Source: Ginglymostoma cirratum
Taxonomy: Eukaryota
Reading direction: 5' to 3'
Assembly: GCA_024137785.1 (NCBI GenBank)
Contig: JAHRHZ010000217.1
Coordinates: 9,281,641 to 9,345,640, forward strand
Length of the DNA stretch: 64,000 bases
Shown here: positions 54,273 to 64,000 of the stretch, in pieces
Layout of the letters: every line of letters begins with the position of its first letter
Position numbering within the stretch: the first letter of the stretch is position 1
Notes under the pieces: model-generated
What the model was told of the DNA's origin: nothing
Seen by the model: the letters and a program-made list of their open reading frames with translations, nothing else
Databases searched by the model: none
Position numbers and translations under genes: made by a program

Positions 54273-57142
54273 CCTTATGTGGCTCAGTGTTCAACTTTGT
54301 TTCATAGTACACATGTGAAGCACTTTGGAGTGTTTCAATATGTTAAAGGTGCTATGTAAATCTAGGTTGTTATTGTTGATTTTCCATCAGTTTCTATGAT
54401 GCACTGTCTGAATTTGCCTCAGTACTGCTTTTCTGTGCCTTGTAGGCTCAAAAAAGGCAGAGTTATTCTCCCTAATGCATCAGGGGCAGGAGAGTGAGTG
54501 ATCAAGTTGGACAGATAAGAAGTGTTTCAAGATTCACAACCGATTGTGCACAGTTAGTCACTAAGTCCAGGTTGTTATTATATCTACATAGATCTGACTC
54601 AGAAATCTATTTTGATGTCTGTGGGATGCCTTCATGTGTGGACATTGGATGGGCACTGGAGTCTGAGACACACCCTAAACTTAAAATAAAGCTTGCATTT
54701 TCTATTGTGCTGTATGATAGAGAAGGTAACCAAGGAGAAATAATCCTAACTCTGCAAATCGCATGTTGTCTGCAAACCCAAAAGAATTTTTGTGCTCTTG
54801 AGGACGCTTCTTCAGCCAGAAGGTGAGATATGTTACTTTTTATGGCCTAAACATCACACTTAATATTTATTTCATAGTACCCAAGGGGATAAATTCAATA
54901 GAAGAGAATCACAAGTTTAATCCACTTTGCCGAGAGGACAAGCTTGTAATGATTTCTATATTATAACACCAGTAATCCTTGTTGTCAAACTCACTGACTT
55001 CATGAACAGAAGATTGAGGTTTATGGGAGGAGATTAGTGTACAGTAGTGAAAGGTATTCAGTCAAGCTCATTCAAGATTTAAGCCAAAGGCAGTTGTTGT
55101 CCAGAGGATATAGGTCAGGGTCTGATGGTTTACACAGGTAAAACAGTTCAGTTATCCCAGCAGTGGTAGGAAATGGTTTATTACCTATAAATGGAAATTT
55201 GCAATTTTTTTCCACCTTTGCAGTAGTTCTACCACCCCGAGGAACATGAAAATTACTTTTGGGTAAATGCAGGAAGCAATAACAATTTGATACCAATTTA
55301 GATAAGGATGTTTTAAGAATGCAAAACTTGTGTAGTGGAGTGCAGACCACATTGACTTTTACTTATACACAAAAAGGAGATTTTACACCTCTAAGTCTTA
55401 GCTTTGGGGTTGACAATGAAATGAAATAAATAGCAAATAGACTTTTAATGGACCAATTTAATAGTTCTAAAATTTTTGCAATGAGAATTTATCAATATCT
55501 ACGGTGATTCATTTGATGTACTTCTAAGAAATGTGTATATTATCTTGTTATGTTCCCATATTACCACCATTATCCAAACCATGGTTTGAAATGCTTATTT
55601 TCCTGGTGGATTAGTTGCCGTGCATGTCGCTGGTTTTGTGTTGCCTATATCCCTCTCACTCCCAGTTCTTTTGTGACTTTGTCCTTCAAGGGAAAGCTGA
55701 GGAGAAAAACTTTCCACTCAAAACATCTTTCCCAATTCTGGATGATAGGAATCATATGTTATTAATTCTTATTCAAAAGTGAACACCATTTTATGTTTTC
55801 TTCGTTTATTCTAGATCGGTGATGATTGGTCATTAAATCTAGACCTGATGATTACAATTTGTAGCATAGATGATGGTTTTCTCTATGACTTGAGATGTTT
55901 TTGCCTCAGCTGCCTTCTGCTGAAACCGTCATTCATGTCTTTGTCACCTGCGGAACAACTATCACAGTAGTTTTCCAACCAGATTTTGCTCTAATAAACT
56001 TCAGTTCATCCAAAGCTGTATCCTGAATCCTATCCTGCATCTCATCCCATTCTCCAATCAATTCTATTTCCACTCACTTCTTTTAATTGCCAGACCAGCA
56101 ATACCTCCAACCTAAAATTCCCATCCTTCTTTAAATCCTGTCATTAATACCCTTTCCCTCTTGCTGTAACTATTTCTATGTCTATAACCTATGTACCTAG
56201 TGCAGAATTTTCTGTTTCTGGTCCATTTGTGCATCTCTTAATCTTTGCCCCATGATTTGAGTACTTCCAACCATCTCATCCCCATGCTTTAGAATTTCCT
56301 CCCTAAGTCCCTCCACTTCCTCTCTTGGGTTGGTGAAGCCCAATAGTTCTCTTAAGAGATGATCAACATGATAGAGATGCTCCATTGTTTCACTTTCACA
56401 GCACTGCAAGTTGTATCTCTCGGCAGCCTAGTTAATTACAGCAGTTCTGGACAACTCCCTCTATCTCCATGTTGGTGATCAGATGATGCTTCTGAAACCT
56501 CTGCTCCCAATGGATGCTCACAGCAAGATTGTTGAACAGTTTGAAAATTGAAACTGGCTGCTATTCCCAGATTGTTGAATCATGCTTCCACATTGGGTAT
56601 TGGGTTAGCCTTGATCTAGATCACAAACCCACTGTTGCCTTTAGTTGAGGTAATTGACTTATTAACTTTCTCAGATATTAACTTGGATGGCTGTCATTCT
56701 GTCAGGTTTATGGTGAGGTAGGAAGAGTTATTAACCCAACCCCACTCCATCCCTGAGAAGTAATGTCATTGGGTTTCTGTTTACTCTCATTGAGTTTCAA
56801 AAATTCCCTTCTGATTTAATGCACAGTACTATATTCATTTAAAGACAGATTAGTTTTCTTTACAAAATAGATAATACATACGGGTGATTCAGGGAAAGAG
56901 AAGGGAAATTAGACTATCTTAATTAGTCTTGCACAGAGACTGCACATACTCAATGGGTTAAATGGCTTCCTTTTACGCTGTAACTATTTTATAATTCATT
57001 TCATGGTTCTTAACATGCTCTTTAAAAGTACCTATGGAATCTAGTTTTTGGTTCTTCATTAATATCTCTTCTTTTAAATCAGAATTCATTTCGATTTCTT
57101 ATTGTGTTTGTGAAATGCCTTGGTTAGGGGAATGGTGGTTTA

Positions 57143-57760
57143 AGACCATGTGACATAGGGCAGAAGTAGGCCATTCAGCCCATCAAGTCTGCTCAGCCAT
57201 TCAGTGAGATCATGGCTAATCTGAATCATTCATAACTCCATTTTCCTGCCTTTTCCCCAGACTCCTTGTTTCCCTTACCCAATTGAAAATCAGTCTACCT
57301 CAGCCTTGAATATACTTAATGGCCTAATCTCTGCAGCCCTCTGCCATAAAGAATTCCACAGATTCACTGCCCTTTGGGAGAGGAAATTCCTCCTCGTCTT
57401 TGTTCTAACTGGGCAATCTCTTTCAAGGGGAAATAACCTCTCCCCATCTACCTTGTTAAGTCCCCTAAGAATACTATATGTTTCTGTAAGGAAAGCCTCT
57501 CGTACTTCTAAACTTCAGTGGGTACAGGCCCAACCTGCTCAACCTTGCTTCATAAAAAAAAAATTTCCATGCCAGGGATCAACCTAATGCACCTTCTCTG
57601 AACTGCCCCCAGTGCTAGTATATCTTTCTTTAGGGGACCAAAAATGTTCATAGTGTTCTAGCTGTGGCCTGACTAGTGCCTTGTATGGTTTTGTCAAGAT
57701 CCCCCTATTTTGACACTCCACCCCCTTCGAAGTAAAGGCCAGCATTCCATTTGCTATCGT
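57143..57760 (-). mobile_element. CR1 3' fragment
   Basis: ANGMLAF..YKALVRPQLEH..FWSP on the minus strand, plus the CR1 3' UTR. Confidence 0.75.
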
Positions 57761-59457
57761 CACTGAAATTATTTTAGGTAAAGGTGCTGCATAAATACAA
57801 TTTCTTGTAATCAACAATAGATGAGTGATGGATAAAAATGGAATAAGGTACGTACAGTGTTATAAATAGGAAATGTGACTGGGAAACATCATCTAATTTA
57901 TCAGGTCCTTCCATGATACATTTCAGGTAAACCCTACTAGCATAGGTCATTAGGAAGAAAGAATAATTTCTTCAGACATGTCCAATAGTCACTAGACTCA
58001 AGGTAAATAATGGCAACACAAGAACATTTATTTAATATCATTTGACATGTTACACATCCTTACTCTGGCATGTTTATAATCCTGGGCAACATTGAATCAT
58101 ATCTACCACACTTAAACCCTCTTAACATGTTCTCCTCCAAGTATTCATCCAACTTTTCTTTAATGGTTCACATTAACACAATATTAATGTTTTCAGTAGT
58201 TTCATTTACTCACTTCACATGGGAAAAAAAGCTTTCTCGGTCCCCAAGTCTGAGATTCATTAATTTTATCATCTACATCTTCAGTAACATTCAAACATTA
58301 CCTTAGAGTAAGGAACTAATGATATCCCCAAACCAGAAGTGTTGGGACAAAACCCTGAAAGCATTACTTGAAGCTGAGCACATTTAAGCTCAGATACACG
58401 ATAACTCCAGGAAGAAGCTATCAACATTTTGCATTTACAAGTTAGAGTCACAATTGTCTTAAGCGTATCAAGGTGTTAGAAAAAAAAATTCCTGGTGTGA
58501 GCACTGAACAAGAGGTGCTTTTGGGTACTGTACAATGGGCGTTACTTTTGTTTGGGATTTGTAAAGGAATTAATGGGATTATGCTTTTACCATGTGGTTA
58601 AAAAAAACTTCATATTGTTGCTACAAATAAATAGTTTGGTTTTTTTTGTTAAAAACTTCTGTTTTATTGTTAACACAAATTCTACAATGTTGTGTGGGTA
58701 TAGGTCAGTGAGAGACAAACTCATTGAAGCTAAAGTAAAACATGGTCTATCAGGCCAGATTTCAGTCCAAGATTTGACTTCTCCAGTGTTAAATTCATGG
58801 GATAATAGCAATGCAAAGACTGTGGCCTCAACAGGTCAGAGGTTAGGAATCCTGAGGTGAGTAACTCATCTTTTGACTCCACAAAAGCCCGTCTACCATC
58901 TACAAGGCACAAGACAGGGATGTGATGGAGTACTCGACTCCATCTTGTATATTGCCTTTGCGGTCAAAGGTATCACTTTTGCTTTTTATTCAAGTTCAGG
59001 GAGCTAGTTTGGGATATAGAGAAGTTGGGATAGGCTGAATGAAGAGACAATGACATGCCAGAAAGCTAATAAAGAGGGATTCCAGTGGTTTTTGAACACT
59101 AATATTAGATCACCATTGACTGCAGAAGCAAGTTATCATTACAGATCTACTTTAGAAGCAAGAAACTATCCTGAGAAACATGGTACGGGAGACATTTCAA
59201 GTGATCAGACTCTCACTTCAACTCCTAAGCTTTCTTCCTTACATACTGGTGGTTTCTGAATTAAAAGTATATGTGCAGCAGTTGGCATAGAAACTCAGTC
59301 CCGTGTTGGTCGTTGTCAAAGTTGAGGTACGTTTCAGGCTATCAAAATACTGAAAAGATAACAACAAAAGCATGATTAATTTCTTTAAGTGATGGGTTTT
59401 ATCATAGATTTTCAGGGTAAATTTTACGAACTAGCAGTCCAAGTGCTAAACTTTATT

Positions 59458-59580
59458 TCTGATTTCTGATTTCTGATTCGGATTTCTGATGAAGGGTCTA
59501 GGCCCGAAACGTCAAGCTTTCCTGCTCCTATGATGCTGCTTGACCTGCTGTGTTCATCCAGCCCAACACCTTGTTATCTC
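59458..59580 (+). mobile_element. 123-bp solo PLE terminal fragment with intact hammerhead core
   Basis: Nearly identical to 18703-18801; hammerhead at 59486-59513; 14-bp TSD TGCTAAACTTTATT at 59444-59457 and 59581-59594. Confidence 0.85.
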
Positions 59581-60574
59581 TGCTAAACTTTATTGGTGGG
59601 AATAAAGCTGATATAATCAATGCATCTGATTCACAACTCCTACCAACTTTGCAGTTGGTAACTTAAGCAGTTTTAAAATTGAGAAAGGTTACAAGCACAA
59701 CTTTCTGATCTCCCTGCAGTTGAGAGAACATCAGCATCAGGAGAGATAATTTGTAAAGTTTGCCCTTAAATAGAAACATTCAGATAATCACAAATCACTG
59801 CACAATGAACGTAATTTTTAAAAAAGGGATTATGATTCAAAAGTAGAACACAAGTACATTTATGTTATAAAACTTCAGTTTTTGAGGGAGTGGAAGGTAC
59901 AGAATTAACCAAATACTGAAAATGAAACAAGACAGCAGACGTTATAACAAACATCTCTCTAACATGGCAAGCACGACTGTACAAATGATAGCTTAAATTT
60001 TATCTTTTACATTTACATCGAGTGAATGCTGGATTTGTCTCTGTTGTGCGTGTGAGACTGGACATGTGTCAAGTTAGCTCTGAGGGCTACGTTTTCATAA
60101 AGTGTTCAATTTGGCTTGCTTTCCTGCTATTCATTGCTCAAAAAGAGTCAGAAGTGCAAGGTATGAACAAGCGTAATGACTCTGTCTCCCTGCTATGCGT
60201 GATCATCAGAATTAAGTCTAGCAGTAGGCTATTCGGCCCATCAATTCTGCTGTGCCATTCAATAAGATCATAGCTGACTTGATTGCGGCCTGAACTCTTG
60301 CCTCTTTTCTGTAAATCTTAATTATCTTATTGGCTAGAAGTCTGTTGAACTTATTCTTCAATGTATTCAGCGTCCTAGCCCCTTTTGCTGCCTGTGAGGA
60401 GAAAATTCCAGAGACTAATGACACTCTGAGCGAAGAAATTCTTCCTCGTCTCCATTTTAAATGGGAGACCATTTGTTTTGAAACTGGGCACCTAATTTTT
60501 GACTCTCCCACAACTAGAAGAATCAGTCATCACCCACCCTGTCAGGATCTCTATGTTTCAAAGAGATCATCTTT

Positions 60575-60735
60575 CATATTTCAAGTCCAGTGTGACTTCT
60601 TCAGAATTCCCTTAGAGTCTTCTTCTGAACCAGTTTTGAAGAGGAACCGTGTTGGACTCTCAATGTTAACTCTGCTTCTCTCTCTACAGAAGCTGCCAGA
60701 CTAGCTGAGTTTCTCCAGGATTCTCTGTGTTTGTT
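60575..60735. mobile_element. Decayed hammerhead-type remnant, partly inverted
   Basis: AAGTCCAGTGTGACTTCTTCAGAA (minus) followed by a plus-strand decayed motif and a GCTGCCAGACTAGCTGAG tail. Confidence 0.5.
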
Positions 60736-60833
60736 GTGAAAAATTAGCAGAATATACTTTCCTTATTATTAATATAGTATTCTGTTGTGAAACATTAGTA
60801 GCAAAATTATCAACGCAAGGCCACACAGCAGTT

Positions 60834-60968
60834 GTTCTGAGGAAGGGTCACCGGACCCGAAACATTAACTCTGTTTTCTCCTTCACAGATGCTGCCAGAC
60901 CTGCTGAGTTTTTCCAGCAACTTTGTTTTTATTCCTGACTTACAGCATCCACGGTTCTTTCGGTTTTT
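60834..60968 (+). mobile_element. Hammerhead-bearing short element (second subfamily)
   Basis: GTT-CTGAGGA-A-GGGTC-ACCG-GACCC-GAAAC-ATT-AAC: perfect 5-bp stem II and stem I GTT/AAC, followed by the shared GATGCTGCCAGACCTGCTGAG tail. Confidence 0.75.
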
Positions 60969-62822
60969 ACGCCACAGTTACATAACTCTGCCCATGAGCC
61001 CTTCCCTGACAAATGGTTAAGAAATTGCCTGTGTCACCTTCTTTCATCAAGAATTTGGCCATTTCCTGCTGCCATTGGTCTCTTTCCTCTTCCTCCATTC
61101 ATCATTAGCTCGTCATGAATAGCAGCATACAAGAAACAACATGATAATAGAATCCTGACTCTATATGTACTGTACTGAATGGGAGCGCTTTTCCCAGACT
61201 CGTTCTGCAAAAAAGAGAATTAAGGTTGAGGCCTACAGCAGACTGGTCACATGTTGTTCAGTGTCAAGTGCACAAGGTCAGAAAGCCTTGGCAGAAGTTG
61301 GCAATGGGCTCGTAAAGCCCGGCCTTCAATATAAGTGACGCAACTGTACAACTACCCATTTGCAATGTATGCCACAATCCAAATTTGAAAAAAGAAAATG
61401 GAAAACATCTATGCTTCAACATGATGTAGCTCTCTCCCAGCAATTGCCTAAAAATGGTGTAAGTGGCTAGTCACTCGACTGGAAAGATGGTAGCTCAGAT
61501 CATTGAATGTGTGTAAAATGGAGGAATGTCATGTTGGCCTTTTGTCCAATTGTTTCAAGCCTCCGCAGTAATGGTTTGCCCACACAAGATGTCACACGAG
61601 TACCCACACACGAAAGAAGATTCGCACCACCTTGTGGTAGAGCAGCGCTGCTGTGTCATTTTCACTACAGCACTTTGCACTATGGCTATTTCAGATTCTT
61701 TTCAAATCTGTCTTTGTTTGAAACACGGGGTCTTTTTATTCTTGTGATGCCTGAAGAGAATACCAATATAAATTGATTTCCTAGTGGTAACCATAGAAAC
61801 ATCATTTTCGTTATGCAGTCAAGGCTTTTTCAAATACATACAAGAAAAGGAGATTCCTGATGGCGTATTGTGTAAGTAATTTCACTTGAAACGTGCCCTT
61901 TTATCACATGACAGCAGGAAACTAGGATTTGTGCCACAGGGGCTCATTTCAAGCTGACAGGCCAGAACAAGGGATAAGTGATAACAGAGAGGATTGGCAC
62001 CACAGCTCTGAGCAAATGGTGCACACTGACTGGTAGTGACATGCCAGGGTTTTGGACTCCTGTGGGCTGCTTCTATTGGTTGCTTGTGTTAACCCTGCCA
62101 ATTTGTAAATAGAAATTACTTGGCCAGTTTGAGGAAAAGATCCAACCACCTGTGTCCTGAGACAGAAATACTTCACGAACGAATGCCCACATGTATGGTA
62201 TTGCCTTTAATAGTTAATGAGCACATCAGGATACCTAACTTTTACAAGTTCCTTGTAATGTAGTTGCGATAGTTTTAAAAGAAAACAGATGTCTCAAACC
62301 AATTTGCATCCCACAAGGTCTCATTTTTAAATATAATCACTTTTTAAGGTAGGAAGTGTAGTAGCAAGCTTGTTCCCAGCAAGCTCCCTAACAAAGTGCA
62401 TACCGCATTTTCCCTGCTGAGAATACAGTAAACATGAGATTGCACTTCTGTTGTTAGCTACTGCAATAAGGAATTTCATTTCCAGCTTTTCTCCAAGTTA
62501 TTGCCTATTGCTGTCATTTGTGCTTCTAACTCAATACTGGCTATCTGTTTTTGAAGATAATTTGTTAAATTTATGAATTTAAAGTACAGAGCAATGAGCA
62601 ACTAATAGAAATGGATAAAATATACACTGATGAAATGATCCCACAATTTAAACAACACCCTGTAGTTCCAGAAACCAAAATCACTTCACTAACAACCTTT
62701 TTTTGCCCTCTAACCATTTAAACTTTCTATTCTTTACACACAGTCTTCATTGAAGTAAGCTGCCTCTTCAGTTATCAGGAAATCTCATTCACTTGTTGGT
62801 GATGGGTGTAATAAATGATCTA

Positions 62823-64000
62823 CCCACTGACTCCCACAGCTACCTGGAATACACCTCCTCCCATCCACCTTCCTGCAAAAATGCCATCCCCTATTCCCAA
62901 TTCCTTTGCCTCCGCCGCATCTGCTCCCAGGATGAGACATTCCACTCCCGTACATCTCAAATGTCCTCATTCTTCAAGGACCGCAACTTCCCCCCACAGT
63001 GGTTGAGAATGCCCTCGACCGTGTCTCCCGCATTTCCCGTAACTCAGCCCTCATGCCCCGTCCCCGCAATAATAACCAAAAAAGAATCCCCCTCGTCCTC
63101 ACGTACCACCCCACCAACCTCCAGATCCAACGCATCATCCTCCGACACTTCTGCCATCTGCAATCAGACCCCACCACCAAAGACATTTTTCCCTCCCCAC
63201 CCTTATCTGCCTTCCGGAGGGACCACTCCCTCCGCGACTCCCTTGTCCGCTCCACACTCCCCTCCAGCCCCACCACACCCGGCACTTTTCCCTGCAACCG
63301 CAGGAAGTGCTACACCTGTCCCCACACCTCCTCCCTCACCCCAATCCCAGGCCCCAAGAAGACTTTCCACATCAGGCAGATGTTCACCTGCACATCTGCC
63401 TGATGTGGTATACTGCATCCGCTGTACCCGTTGTGGCTTCCTCTACATTGGGGAAACCAAGCGGAGGCTTGGGGACAGCTTTGCAGAACACCTGCGCTCA
63501 GTTCGCAACAAACAACTGCACCTCCCAGTCGCGAACCATTCCAACTCCCCCTCCCATTCCTCAGACGACATGTCCATCCTGGGCCTCCTGCAATGCCACA
63601 ATGATGCCATCCGAAGGCTACAGGAACAGCAAATCATATTCAGCCTGGGAACCCTGCAGCCCAATGGTATCAATGTGGATTTCACAAGCTTCAAAATCTC
63701 CCCTCCCCCAACCGCATCCCAAAACCAGCCCAGCTCATCTCCACCTCCCTAACCTGTTTTTCCTCTCACCTACCCCTCCTCCCACCTCAAGCCCCACCCC
63801 CATCTCCTATCTACTAACATCATCCCGCCCCCTTGACCTGTCCGTCCTCCCTGTACTGACCTATCTCCTCCCTACCCCCCTACCTACACTCACCGTTACT
63901 GGCTCCATCCCCGCCTCTTCGACTTGTCTGCCTCCTCTCCACCTATCCTCTCCTCTATCCATCCTCTATCCGCCTCCCCCTCTCTCCCTATTTATTTCAG
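62823..64000 (+). mobile_element. Penelope-like element, same family as 17031-18834, 5'-truncated, runs off the window end
   Basis: Near-identical DNA to about 17508-18683; DSHSYLEYTSSHP, CNRRKCYTC, CTRCGFLYIGETKRRL; two compensating frameshifts. Confidence 0.93.

Noticed and set aside
62793-63752. 319-aa ORF as a novel gene
   Set aside because: It is a truncated PLE with two compensating frameshifts; the middle part is out of frame.

Overview
Eukaryotic, repeat-rich vertebrate DNA. The repeat families (HE1/V-SINE-like, CR1/HER1-like, Deu-SINE-like, Penelope) point to a shark or other elasmobranch; this is an inference. The only supported host gene is a JAKMIP-family gene (closest to JAKMIP1) on the + strand. 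Two coding exons are visible (20397-20525 and 38273-38770), both with canonical splice sites; everything else is intron or upstream sequence. The introns hold decayed CR1, L2, Rex/Babar and RTE LINE fragments, several tRNA-derived SINE families, four Penelope-like element (PLE) copies (RT and/or GIY-YIG), a 61-bp minisatellite and a 100-N gap. The most striking signal is about 15 dispersed minimal hammerhead-ribozyme motifs (CTGAnGA-A-stem II-GAAAC-GTH) with covarying stems. They occur at PLE 3' ends and also in 120-270 bp non-coding solo or fold-back mini-elements, several with 14-16 bp target-site duplications (TSDs). Most short ORFs in the track are repeat fragments or noise. Repeat boundaries and family names were assigned by eye and are approximate unless a TSD is given.
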